Positions 9,750 through 18,829 of a DNA stretch of 64,000 nucleotides are shown piece by piece; positions within the stretch are counted from its first letter, which is position 1, and each line of letters begins with the position of its first letter. Position numbers and translations under genes: made by a program. Under the pieces are notes generated by a model. That model had not been told where the DNA came from, did not search any database, and worked only from the letters and a program-made list of their open reading frames with translations. The DNA comes from Candidatus Levybacteria bacterium RIFCSPHIGHO2_01_FULL_40_16 (lineage in GTDB: Bacteria > Patescibacteriota > Microgenomatia > Levybacterales > UBA12049): the NCBI GenBank assembly GCA_001783805.1, contig MFNS01000001.1:128649-192648 (forward strand), written 5' to 3'.

Positions 9750-10646
9750 CTAGTCTCTTAATTTTTTATAAAAAATTACCGCAAATATGCTTATAATTAT
9801 CAGCCCGATTATTGTGAATATCCATAGCCACAGATGGGACGGTTCGGGTTCCTTGATGCTAACTCCGATGATCATTGTGCCATTGCTTCCTGCTACATTG
9901 ATAATTTCTTTTGAAAGTACAACGCCTTTTTGCGAGAGAGTCAAGACATGTACTCCTTGAGGAACTTTATCAAACTGAAAGCTGTCACTTGCTATCCTCG
10001 CCCCCTGAATATTGGAATCAAGAAAGGCATTGGCATCCGATAACGCAAGAGCCTTTGACGTAGAAACGTTGTAAATAATTGAATAAAGCATTTCCCCTTT
10101 AGGCCCGATAATTGGCGCTTGAATCGGAGTCGGCTGGCTTGACGATCCAACATTTGGACTTTGAATAATTATGTAGCTGGCATTTCCTAAAGAGCTTAAT
10201 ATGTCTGCAGCGCCCTTTTGGGACTTCAAAGAAGCATTGGAAAGAGCAATGGTGCCAACGCCTTCCGCAGCGGCTTTTAGCGCAAGAGTATATACGGTAC
10301 AGCCAGTTCTGGAACCTCCCAAAATGACTCCCGCAAAAGACTGATTTGTTGAGGTTGGTGTACGGACAAAAGCAAAGCCGCAGTCGCCGATAGTCAGAGA
10401 CTGTACAGTGAGAGACGGACTAATATTCACGGTTGATTTAGCAGCGTTAAATGCAATACCGCCGCCGTTAATATTGACAGCAACTTGAAATATATCTCCC
10501 TTTTTGTAGGTAGACGTATTGGGGGTAATATTGATACTTCCTCCGGCTGCCACCATTTTTGGCGTAGTTACGTGTATCGCAATTGCTGTAAATACGGCTA
10601 AAAACAAAATTAAAAATTTATACTTAGTTTCCATAAGCTTTTGCAA
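9750..10646 (-). CDS. cohesin-like domain surface protein with C-terminal TM anchor
   Basis: N-terminal signal/TM. The module NINGGGIAFNAAKSTVNISPSLTVQSLTIGDCGFAF...FAGVILGGSRTGCTVYTLAL is paralogous to the module in the adjacent gene. Hydrophobic C-terminal anchor WIFTIIGLIIISIFAVIFYKKLRD. Confidence 0.55.
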   Translation of the reverse strand: MQKLMETKYKFLILFLAVFTAIAIHVTTPKMVAAGGSINITPNTSTYKKGDIFQVAVNINGGGIAFNAAKSTVNISPSLTVQSLTIGDCGFAFVRTPTSTNQSFAGVILGGSRTGCTVYTLALKAAAEGVGTIALSNASLKSQKGAADILSSLGNASYIIIQSPNVGSSSQPTPIQAPIIGPKGEMLYSIIYNVSTSKALALSDANAFLDSNIQGARIASDSFQFDKVPQGVHVLTLSQKGVVLSKEIINVAGSNGTMIIGVSIKEPEPSHLWLWIFTIIGLIIISIFAVIFYKKLRD

Positions 10647-11808
10647 GAATTGAGAAATCGGTTAAATCAATAAGGCCATCGTTATTCATGTCGGACAAGG
10701 CATAATTAAGATTACCTATATTTTCCCAATCTGTTCCAAACATGGAAAGGTCTGTCAGATCTATAATGCTATCGCCGTTAATATCGCCGGGCCTATGAAC
10801 ATTAATAGTAATACTCACATTCGAACTTTTATTACCGAGATTATCCTGACCGTAGACAATAAATGTATTTGAAGCAAGTGTCAGGGTTGCCGGATATTGC
10901 CAGGTTGTTGAAGTTGGGTAAGTTGTAAGACTTGCATCACTATTTATGTAAACGCTTGCAACAATTATATCTTTAGCTCCCGTTAGGTTAAGTGAAATAG
11001 AATAGGTATCTAAGGGCTGTTGATCAATTGTCGGTGGAGGAACAACCGCAATTGTTGGGGCAGGAGTCGGAGTGTCGGTTGGGACAGACGTTGGAGTGGG
11101 GGTTGGGGCAGGTGTTGAAGTTGGGGTTGGGACAGGTGTTGAAGTTGGGGTTGGGGAAACAACAGGATTAATGGTGTACGAGCCGCTTTGCAGAGAAAGA
11201 AGTATTTCAGAGTTATTACTGTAGGCTTTTACGGAACCTTTGCTTAAAGTAATAGTACCGGTTCCCGCTCCATTTGCCGAAAGAGTAAGTGAGTAAAGAA
11301 TACATTGTGTTGAAGATCCATTTAAAATAGCCCCTGCGAAGGATGGATTACCGGGTGTAGGAGTTGCTTTTTGATTGGGAAAAGTGAAGTTGCATCCTCC
11401 GGAGGGTGCAGGCACAATATCGAGTGTCTGTACAGTGAGATTGCTAGAAACTGCAACTGCTGCTTGGGCCGCGTTAAATGCTTGTCCTCCCCCGGATATC
11501 ACAAGATTAACTATAAATTGCTGGCCGATTGAGTAAGACCCGGACGGCGGAGAAACACTAATAGTTGCAGTTTTATTTGCTGCAGCATTGGGAATAAAGA
11601 TCTGCTTGTTGGCTACAATAAAAGGAGTAGAAAAAGCAATAAGCAAAAAAATGACAATAGTAAATTTTAAAAATCTATCCAGCGATATAAATTCATCCCA
11701 AAGACTTTGTAGAATATTTTCTGTAGGTTCAGTGTCTTTGCCTTTGTACCTGGTTCTAACTGAAATAATCTTCGGCATATTTAGCCTATGTTTATAGTAT
11801 AGTGTCAA
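10624..11808 (-). CDS. secreted cohesin-like domain protein with Pro/Thr linker and C-terminal type-I dockerin
   Basis: Paralogous module VISGGGQAFNAAQAAVAVSSNLTVQTLDIV...FAGAILNGSSTQCILYSLTL. PT-rich linker PTPTSTPVPTPTSTPAPTPTPTSVPTDTPTPAPT. C-terminal duplicated Ca-binding dockerin repeats DINGDSIIDLTDLSMF and DMNNDGLIDLTDFSIL. Confidence 0.6.
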   Translation of the reverse strand: MTLYYKHRLNMPKIISVRTRYKGKDTEPTENILQSLWDEFISLDRFLKFTIVIFLLIAFSTPFIVANKQIFIPNAAANKTATISVSPPSGSYSIGQQFIVNLVISGGGQAFNAAQAAVAVSSNLTVQTLDIVPAPSGGCNFTFPNQKATPTPGNPSFAGAILNGSSTQCILYSLTLSANGAGTGTITLSKGSVKAYSNNSEILLSLQSGSYTINPVVSPTPTSTPVPTPTSTPAPTPTPTSVPTDTPTPAPTIAVVPPPTIDQQPLDTYSISLNLTGAKDIIVASVYINSDASLTTYPTSTTWQYPATLTLASNTFIVYGQDNLGNKSSNVSITINVHRPGDINGDSIIDLTDLSMFGTDWENIGNLNYALSDMNNDGLIDLTDFSILAKAYGN

Positions 11809-11866
11809 AAGTAGCAGTTTTTGTCAACTGGTTAACTCAAGGGATTTTATTTTGTGTGGAATTAGT

Positions 11867-12667
11867 TTATTTCTGGGCCAGGATGACGAAGGTGAAGAGC
11901 TTGTTTCCATTGCCAAAATCGCGTTCGTACAAGGCTATGTGTCCGTTGTTTCTTAATTCGCGGCCCCAATCGCTGCGGTTCTCAAAATCACCCTCCAAGA
12001 TTCCCAGGGAAACAGACAAGCCAAACGGCAATTTCTGGGTGCTACTTTGGAGAGTTGAAGAGGTATCAAGATGGGCGTAAATTATTTCCAGTTCCTCATA
12101 GTCGTGAGCATTGGGATGCTGGTTTGACTCCGGGCTGCTGGTATAATCCATGCATGTTCCCATGTTGGAATTACTAAAATTCTCATCCTGATGGTCCAAT
12201 CCTAAAGTATGTCCGACTTCCTGACACATGACCAGATTCTTCCAGGCAGTCGTGTTGTACGGTGCGTTATTAAAATAAGTATCATTAACTTTCGTCACAC
12301 CTTTACTAATGTGTACTCCGCTCACCCAAATTTGCGCTAAACCAAGCCAGCCGTTATTGCCGTATTTACTGTTGCAGACCTCTACGCGTCCGCTGGTTGC
12401 CCGGCAATTTCTAGGCTTGGTTAAGCCCGGGACAATATTCGTATCAAGAACGGATGAGATACTCCAGTCGGAAGATGTGCTTGCAAGATGCGGATCCCAG
12501 GTTGAGGAAAGGTTGTCTCCGAGATTCAGAGTGAAAGGATTGCCGGTGCGTGCCCAGTGGTAACCGCCCCACGAATGGTTTGCGGCAACGCCTTTGGCAA
12601 AAGTGGTCAGAAATAACACCGCGCTCAGAATAACTAAGAGAAGTAAACGCATTCTGATTTTTAACAT
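11867..12667 (-). CDS. secreted metzincin-like zinc metalloprotease (variant QExxHxxGxxH motif)
   Basis: Signal peptide MLKIRMRLLLLVILSAVLFL. Motif VMCQEVGHTLGLDHQDE aligns to the metzincin HExxHxxGxxH with Gln at the first His position. The cag codon was verified in the DNA. Confidence 0.55.
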   Translation of the reverse strand: MLKIRMRLLLLVILSAVLFLTTFAKGVAANHSWGGYHWARTGNPFTLNLGDNLSSTWDPHLASTSSDWSISSVLDTNIVPGLTKPRNCRATSGRVEVCNSKYGNNGWLGLAQIWVSGVHISKGVTKVNDTYFNNAPYNTTAWKNLVMCQEVGHTLGLDHQDENFSNSNMGTCMDYTSSPESNQHPNAHDYEELEIIYAHLDTSSTLQSSTQKLPFGLSVSLGILEGDFENRSDWGRELRNNGHIALYERDFGNGNKLFTFVILAQK

Positions 12668-12810
12668 TCTGTAAATATGCTAGCAAAGATTTTCACGTAA
12701 ATCAAGTCAGGAATTCAATAATTCAGCACTTTTTGTTAGAGAGGTTGACAACAAGCTTAGTTTGTGAAAATATTATTATAGGGTTAAAAAAAATTAGGAG
12801 GTGAAATAAA

Positions 12811-13362
12811 ATGGCAAAATCAGGAATAAAGAGAAGCCCGTATTTGTTATCTGCAATCTTGGGTTGGGCTATAGGAGTCTTTCTGCTTGTTTTTATTATT
12901 AATAATCAAACTAACAGCAACGTTAAGGGAGTAAGCACAGGATTTGATCAGTACGGCTACAACAGAACTGCAAGAAATTTTGTTGGTCCTGCCGATGGAG
13001 TAGATAGGGTGTTAGATGGCAAAGTTTGGGGAGATTCCACATATGCCAAAGATAGATTGGTCATGAAATGGAATGCAGAATGGGATAAGGGAAATGCTGA
13101 AGGTTGGAAGAAACCGCCATATAATGCCTGGACCGACAATGAGTGGAATGGAATGGTTCCAAACGGTAGCGGTGAAACCTGGCATTACAAGATAGTTTGG
13201 GTAGGTCCTTGTGGCGCAGCCGGAATACCAGTGTCAAGTGGTGGATATTGCATTTGGGGACAGTTTGCAGTCATTCTCTCTCAAGGAACATTTGCCGGTC
13301 AACATTTCTGGGATGTGTTGGCTAGACCTGCCGGTTACGGATCTTATTATTCTATTCCTTAA
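12811..13362 (+). CDS. secreted/anchored Trp-rich hypothetical protein
   Basis: Strong SD AGGAGGTGA eight nt upstream of the ATG. N-terminal TM/signal (LLSAILGWAIGVFLLVFII). Trp/Gly-rich body with no known family. Divergent from the protease gene. Confidence 0.5.
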   Translation: MAKSGIKRSPYLLSAILGWAIGVFLLVFIINNQTNSNVKGVSTGFDQYGYNRTARNFVGPADGVDRVLDGKVWGDSTYAKDRLVMKWNAEWDKGNAEGWKKPPYNAWTDNEWNGMVPNGSGETWHYKIVWVGPCGAAGIPVSSGGYCIWGQFAVILSQGTFAGQHFWDVLARPAGYGSYYSIP

Positions 13363-13451
13363 ACGGCATAATTTGTTCTAAACAAAATTTATTCTGGAAT
13401 AGAACAGTCCATCTGGGAAATCTGGTGGAGGTTTGTGTGGAAAAAAGAGAG

Positions 13452-14066
13452 TTAGAAGCCGAGTTTTTCCTTGACGAAGATTAAAGTTATCCGATTGGGA
13501 ACAATCTCTTTATTAATTATTAATAATTTGCTGACATTGCTTCTTTCCATGCCGTATGCTTTTTTCACTCTTTCCGATTCAAGAGGTAAAACATAATCAT
13601 AAATTCTCTTCATGCCCTCTTCCAAATTGGCAACAATTTTTTGTGTTCCGACCACCCAGAGCACATGGGAAGCTCCATAAACGTAGGCCGGCAATTGGCT
13701 GCCCGTATTTGAGGCAATTAATACTTTCCCGTCCCCTGTAACCGCGTGGACACTGCCAATGGCGTATTCCGGAGCTGCACCCATTTTCTGCATTTCCCTG
13801 CCTTGGGTTTTTCTATCCATTTTTTCCAGCTTTACTTTTACCGAATTATATTTTCCGGATTCGTTTATTTCCTTTGGAAGTTCCAGCGTATCAATTGTAG
13901 TTGAGGACATATTCATTACTTCAGCATTTTGAGGTAATAATTCCAGTACTTTTTTCTTAGCCTCCTGACCATTTTCGACAACTATTGCATTTATTCCGTT
14001 TGCTTTTAAAGCTTCAATTGTTTTTTGAATATCCTCCGGACTTGCCAATTCTCCCCAATCTTTCAT
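13452..14066 (-). CDS. LUD (lactate utilization C-like, DUF162) domain protein
   Basis: About 200 aa, with IGSVHAVTGDGKVLIASNTGSQL and YGASHVLWVVGTQKIV blocks resembling LUD-domain proteins. Confidence 0.5.
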   Translation of the reverse strand: MKDWGELASPEDIQKTIEALKANGINAIVVENGQEAKKKVLELLPQNAEVMNMSSTTIDTLELPKEINESGKYNSVKVKLEKMDRKTQGREMQKMGAAPEYAIGSVHAVTGDGKVLIASNTGSQLPAYVYGASHVLWVVGTQKIVANLEEGMKRIYDYVLPLESERVKKAYGMERSNVSKLLIINKEIVPNRITLIFVKEKLGF

Positions 14067-14122
14067 AGCTTAATCATACCACACTTCTTGATACGTCATT
14101 CCTTTTAAGCTACAATTAATCC

Positions 14123-17107
14123 ATGAAACCCGTAAAACAGAATATAAATTTTCCGGAATTAGAAAGAGAAATTCTAAATAGATGGCAGGAGAAAGGAATT
14201 GTAAGAAAGTATTTAGAAAAAAATAAAAACTCAAAAGAAAAATTTTCTTTCCTTGATGGTCCGATCACCGCAAATAATCCAATGGGAGTTCATCATGCTT
14301 GGGGAAGGACATATAAGGATTTGTGGCAGAGATTCTGGAATATGCGGGGAAAAGCTCAAAGATTTCAAAATGGGTTTGACGAACAAGGGCTTTGGGTTGA
14401 AGTGGAAGTGGAAAAAGAATTGGGGCTGAAAAATAAAAAAGACATTGAAAATCTTGTTCCGGGAGACAAATTTAAAAGTCTCGTAAAATTTATTAATCTT
14501 TGCAAGCAAAGGGTTAAAAAATTTTCGGGAGTCCAGACAGAACAAAGTAAGCGTTTGGGATACTTCATGGATTGGGACAAATCCTATCACACCTCCTCCG
14601 ATAAAAATAATTATGCGATCTGGAATTTCTTAAAAGTTGTCCACGAAAAAGGTTGGCTGTACAAAGGCCGTGACTCTGTTCCCTGGTGTCCGCGCTGCGG
14701 AACCGCAATTTCCCAGCACGAGATTTTGACAGAGGAATATAAAAATATAACCCACGATTCGATCTATGTTGAATATCCGATTAAAAACAGGAAAAACGAA
14801 TATTTAATTGCTTGGACAACAACGCCCTGGACTTTAATTGCCAATATAGCTCTTGCCGTAAATCCCAATTACGATTACGTAATTGCAACAGGGGAAGAAA
14901 AGGGAAATATATATTATCTGCTTAAAGAGAGCGCGGAAAAATTAGGTCTTAAAATCAAAAAAAATATTAAAGGAAAAGATTTGATCGGACTAAACTATTC
15001 TTCTCCTTTTGATAATTTACCAAAAGTGAAAAAAACACTGGGGAAATATCTGCATCAAGTTATTGCTACAGACGAATTAATTCTGCCAATCAGTAAAATT
15101 GAAGGAACAGGAATTATCCATATCGCCACCGGATCGGGAAGCGAAGATTTTCAGCTTGGTAAAAAAAACAATTTACCGGTAATTGAAGTTATTGACGAAG
15201 GAGGGAATTATCTGGATGGTTTTGGAGAATTTAGCCAAAAAAATGCCAAAAGGCATCCCGAATTAATCATTGACTTTCTTAAATCTTTCGAAAATGGCAA
15301 CTACTTTTTCCTAACGGAAAAATACACCCATAGGTATCCGACTTGCTGGAGATGTAAAACGGAATTGGTTTGGCGAGTGGTTGACGAATGGTATATTGCG
15401 ATGGATAAAAAACCCAGCTCAAAGTTCAAAGCTCAAAGCTCAAGGCCAGAGAATAAAACTTATAGGGAGCAAATGGTTGAGGTGGCAAAGAAGATTAATT
15501 GGATTCCCGATTGGGGTTTGGATCGCGAACTGGACTGGCTTAAAAATATGCATGATTGGTTGATTAGTAAAAAAAGATATTGGGGGTTGGCTTTGCCAAT
15601 TTGGGAATGTCATAAATGCGGAAATTTCGAAGTGATTGGCGGAAAAGAGGAGCTTAAAAAACGTGCAGTTAAAGGTTGGGGAGAATTTGACGGCAATAGC
15701 CCGCACCGGCCTTGGGTGGACTTGGTAAAAATTAAGTGCAGTAAGTGCGATGAAGTTGCTTCCCGAATTCCTGATGTGGGAAATCCCTGGCTGGATGCGG
15801 GAATTGTTCCGTTTTCCACCCTGCCGAAAGAATGGTTTCCGGCAGATTTCATAACGGAGAGTTTCCCCGGGCAGTTTAAAAATTGGTTTTATTCTCTGAT
15901 TGCAATGTCCACTGCGCTTAAAAAAATCAATTCCTTTAAAACGGTTTTGGGGTTCGCATCGGTCAGAGATGAAGCAGGCGAAGAAATGCACAAGAGTAAA
16001 GGAAATGCAATTGAATTTAATGAGGCAGCGGATAAAATCGGCGTTGATGTAATGCGCTGGATGTATTTAAGACAGGATCCCGAACAAAATCTCAATTTTG
16101 GAGTCAATGCCGCTGACAATGTCAGAAGACAATTTCATTTAATGTTGTGGAATGTATATAATTTCTTTATTTCCAATGCCATTGCCGACAGCTGGACGCC
16201 TCAGGGGATGGAAAAACAATCGGAAAACGTTCTGGACAAATGGATAATATCCAGGCTAAATAAATTAATTAAGGTTGTTACTGCGTCACTTGAAAAATAT
16301 AATTCCTTTTCTGCCGGGAATGCTATTGAAAATTTTCTCAGTGATTTGTCACTTTGGTATGTCCGCCGGTCACGCGAGAGAATCGGATTGTCTGCCGAAG
16401 ATGCAAAAGACAAAAATAATTGCTATCAAACTTTATGGGAGGTTTTAGCCAGCCTTTGCCAAATTCTAGCGCCTTTCACGCCATTTATGGCAGAAGAAAT
16501 GTATTTAAACTTAACGAATAAGGATTCGGTGCATTTAAGTGCTTGGCCGGAAGTCGGAGATATCGATGAAAAGCTGGAGCAGGAGATGGATTTTGCCAGA
16601 AAAATTTGTGAAATGGGGCATGCAAAAAGAAAAGAAGCGCTGATTAAAGTCAGACAACCCCTGGCACAATTAACAATTAATAATTCGCAATTAACAATTA
16701 ACGGCGAGATAGTTGAGCTGATTAAAGACGAATTGAATATTAAAAAAGTGGTTTTTGAAAAAGGAAAAGGAGAAATGTCAGTGTCCCTTGATGTAAATTT
16801 AACCAAGGAATTGAAAGAAGAGGGGAAAGCGCGGGATATTGTAAGAATGATTCAGGGCGAGCGGAAAAAAATAGGGACAGCATTGGATGAAAAAATAGAT
16901 GTTGTCCTCAAGGATTGGCCAAGAGAATTCGAAAATGAAATAAAAAAGAAAGCAATGGTTGCAACCTTAAAAAAGGGAAATAATTTTGAGGTTGTCCGCA
17001 AACCCCGCATCGACAGTCATGCATTAGAAACGCTTAACTTTTCACATCGCGCATCTTCGCTAAGTCCACGCTCAAATAAACGTGGCATTGTGGTGCGGGG
17101 TAAATGA
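14123..17107 (+). CDS. ileS: isoleucine--tRNA ligase (class I, type 2)
   Basis: HIGH-region variant PMGVHHAWGRTYKD, KMSKS variant MHKSKGN, four Cys knuckles (CPRCG, CWRCK, CHKCG, CSKCD) and a CP1 editing region. Contains in-frame heptamer repeats at 15419-15446 and 16686-16720. Confidence 0.95.
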   Translation: MKPVKQNINFPELEREILNRWQEKGIVRKYLEKNKNSKEKFSFLDGPITANNPMGVHHAWGRTYKDLWQRFWNMRGKAQRFQNGFDEQGLWVEVEVEKELGLKNKKDIENLVPGDKFKSLVKFINLCKQRVKKFSGVQTEQSKRLGYFMDWDKSYHTSSDKNNYAIWNFLKVVHEKGWLYKGRDSVPWCPRCGTAISQHEILTEEYKNITHDSIYVEYPIKNRKNEYLIAWTTTPWTLIANIALAVNPNYDYVIATGEEKGNIYYLLKESAEKLGLKIKKNIKGKDLIGLNYSSPFDNLPKVKKTLGKYLHQVIATDELILPISKIEGTGIIHIATGSGSEDFQLGKKNNLPVIEVIDEGGNYLDGFGEFSQKNAKRHPELIIDFLKSFENGNYFFLTEKYTHRYPTCWRCKTELVWRVVDEWYIAMDKKPSSKFKAQSSRPENKTYREQMVEVAKKINWIPDWGLDRELDWLKNMHDWLISKKRYWGLALPIWECHKCGNFEVIGGKEELKKRAVKGWGEFDGNSPHRPWVDLVKIKCSKCDEVASRIPDVGNPWLDAGIVPFSTLPKEWFPADFITESFPGQFKNWFYSLIAMSTALKKINSFKTVLGFASVRDEAGEEMHKSKGNAIEFNEAADKIGVDVMRWMYLRQDPEQNLNFGVNAADNVRRQFHLMLWNVYNFFISNAIADSWTPQGMEKQSENVLDKWIISRLNKLIKVVTASLEKYNSFSAGNAIENFLSDLSLWYVRRSRERIGLSAEDAKDKNNCYQTLWEVLASLCQILAPFTPFMAEEMYLNLTNKDSVHLSAWPEVGDIDEKLEQEMDFARKICEMGHAKRKEALIKVRQPLAQLTINNSQLTINGEIVELIKDELNIKKVVFEKGKGEMSVSLDVNLTKELKEEGKARDIVRMIQGERKKIGTALDEKIDVVLKDWPREFENEIKKKAMVATLKKGNNFEVVRKPRIDSHALETLNFSHRASSLSPRSNKRGIVVRGK
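15419..15446 (+). repeat. heptanucleotide tandem repeat (CTCAAAG-like)x4 inside ileS
   Basis: ctcaaagttcaaagctcaaagctcaagg, encoding SSKFKAQSSR in a segment of IleRS between WYIAMDK and REQMVEVAKKINWIPDWG. Confidence 0.8.
16686..16720 (+). repeat. heptanucleotide tandem repeat (CAATTAA)x5, one variant unit, inside ileS
   Basis: caattaacaattaataattcgcaattaacaattaa, encoding LAQLTINNSQLTING. Confidence 0.8.
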
Positions 17108-18180
17108 GACGCTCACTTTTTAATATTGACTGGGGATTGTTAGCTCCGGTAATTGTTTTGGTAATCCTAAGTTTAACCACTATTTTTTCCCTGGATCTAA
17201 ACTTATTCAAAAGCCAGTTTACTTTCTTTATTATCGGAATCTTCGCTTTTTTATTCTTTTCTCAAGCAAATTACAGGACCGTAAGACTCTACGGGTTACC
17301 GATTTACCTAATTTCTATTGTTTTGTTAATTATAGTTATAATTATTGGAGTTGAAGCCAGGGGGGCTGTCAGATGGTTCACGCTTTTTGGATTTAGAGTG
17401 CAATTTTCGGAGATTCTGAAACCCTTCCTGGCAATTTCTCTTTCCGGATATCTTTCTTCCAGGAATGATTATTCTTTAAAAACTTTATTTATGGTAATTT
17501 GTTTTTTGCTGCCGGTTGCTCTCTTGGTTTTTTGGCAGCCGGATCTGGGAAACACCCTAATCTATGTTTTGGTAACAATTATTGCGCTCATAGTTTTTGG
17601 TTTTCCTTTTAGATTCTTTTTTTTAGGATTAGTTTTTTTATCAATACTTTCTCCCATCTTTTGGAGATTTTTACATGATTATCAAAGACAGCGGATTTTG
17701 ACTTTTTTAAATCCCAGTGACCCTTTGGGATTGTCTTATAATGCCATTCAGTCGGTTATCGCTGTAGGATCAGGAATGCTTTTGGGCCGCGGATTAGGGT
17801 TGGGAACACAATCCGGCCTTAGGTTTCTGCCTGAACGGCATACTGATTTTATTTTCGCGACTTTATCCGAAGAATTAGGACTGATTGGCGCAGTTTTGCT
17901 GATTATAACTTTTACATTTTTGCTGTACAAAATTTTCGCAATTTTCCGTGGGCAGGATGAGTTATTCTCTAAAACATTTTCTGCAATTGCATTTTCCTTA
18001 ATTTTTCTCCAATTTTTTGTAAATATAGGTATGAATATCGGAATCCTTCCCATAGTTGGAATAACTCTCCCTTTCGTCTCCTATGGAGGAAGCTCTTTAC
18101 TTTCCAACTTTATTCTTCTTGGAGCACTCTCCGGCATGAATAGAGGAAATTCATCGCATAAAGTCCTGGAAATTAAGTAG
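17104..18180 (+). CDS. rodA: SEDS family protein (RodA-like peptidoglycan polymerase)
   Basis: Second SEDS paralogue with IDWGLL near the N-terminus and the C-terminal LPFVSYGGSSLLSNF block. Start overlaps the ileS stop (ATGA). Confidence 0.8.
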   Translation: MRRSLFNIDWGLLAPVIVLVILSLTTIFSLDLNLFKSQFTFFIIGIFAFLFFSQANYRTVRLYGLPIYLISIVLLIIVIIIGVEARGAVRWFTLFGFRVQFSEILKPFLAISLSGYLSSRNDYSLKTLFMVICFLLPVALLVFWQPDLGNTLIYVLVTIIALIVFGFPFRFFFLGLVFLSILSPIFWRFLHDYQRQRILTFLNPSDPLGLSYNAIQSVIAVGSGMLLGRGLGLGTQSGLRFLPERHTDFIFATLSEELGLIGAVLLIITFTFLLYKIFAIFRGQDELFSKTFSAIAFSLIFLQFFVNIGMNIGILPIVGITLPFVSYGGSSLLSNFILLGALSGMNRGNSSHKVLEIK

Positions 18181-18203
18181 ATTTTTTGGTATAATTAATT
18201 TTT

Positions 18204-18530
18204 ATGGAATACGCAATCGTAAAAATAGGCGGAAAACAATATAAAGTCTCCAGGGGCTTAGTAATTGAGGTTGAAAGACTTGACTATAAGCCCGGAGAGA
18301 AATTTTCTTTGGAAGAAGTCCTTTTATACGTTTCCGATGGCAAGGTCAGGTTAGGCAAGCCCAGAGTTAACGGCGCCACAGTTAAAGCGGAAGTTTTGGA
18401 GCATTTTAAGGGAGAGAAACTGCGGATTGCCAAATTCAAGGCAAAAGCCAAATACAGAAGAGTAACCGGGCACAGGCAATATTTAACGAAAATCAAAATT
18501 CTTGATATCTTGACAGCTGTAAAAAAGTAA
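18204..18530 (+). CDS. rplU: 50S ribosomal protein L21
   Basis: MEYAIVKIGGKQYKV N-terminus typical of bL21. Followed by rpmA as in the conserved rplU-rpmA pair. Confidence 0.9.
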   Translation: MEYAIVKIGGKQYKVSRGLVIEVERLDYKPGEKFSLEEVLLYVSDGKVRLGKPRVNGATVKAEVLEHFKGEKLRIAKFKAKAKYRRVTGHRQYLTKIKILDILTAVKK

Positions 18531-18567
18531 CGTAATATAGGATTAATTTTCACCGGAACTTAAATAT

Positions 18568-18816
18568 ATGGCACATACAAAAGCCCAGGGAGCAGTTAAA
18601 GGAAATAGAGATTCCAGATCAAAACGTTTGGGCGTTAAGCTCTATAGCGGACAAAAAATTATAGCCGGAAACATTATCGTCCGGCAAAAAGGAACGAAAA
18701 TCTTTGGAGGCAGTGGGGTTTCCATGGGGAATGATTTTACTCTTTTTGCGATAAAGGACGGAATTTTGAATTTTAAAACTTCTCGCGGAAAGAAAATTGC
18801 AGAAGTAAATCCGTAA
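18568..18816 (+). CDS. rpmA: 50S ribosomal protein L27
   Basis: MAHTKAQGAVKGNRDSRSKRLGVKLYSGQ is the canonical bL27 N-terminus. Confidence 0.9.
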   Translation: MAHTKAQGAVKGNRDSRSKRLGVKLYSGQKIIAGNIIVRQKGTKIFGGSGVSMGNDFTLFAIKDGILNFKTSRGKKIAEVNP

Positions 18817-18829
18817 TAGAAAATAATTT

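Noticed and set aside
11802-12080. Plus-strand ORF 11802..12080 overlapping the protease gene
   Set aside because: It is antisense to the 3' end of the metalloprotease CDS. No RBS and no motif.
13370-13400. Inverted repeat GTTCTA..TAGAAC after the 12811..13362 gene as a terminator
   Set aside because: 6-bp AT-rich stem with a 19-nt loop and no downstream T-tract. Too weak to call.
14066-14122. T-box or other leader upstream of ileS
   Set aside because: The gap is only 57 nt. That is too short for a T-box, and no specifier or antiterminator motifs are visible.
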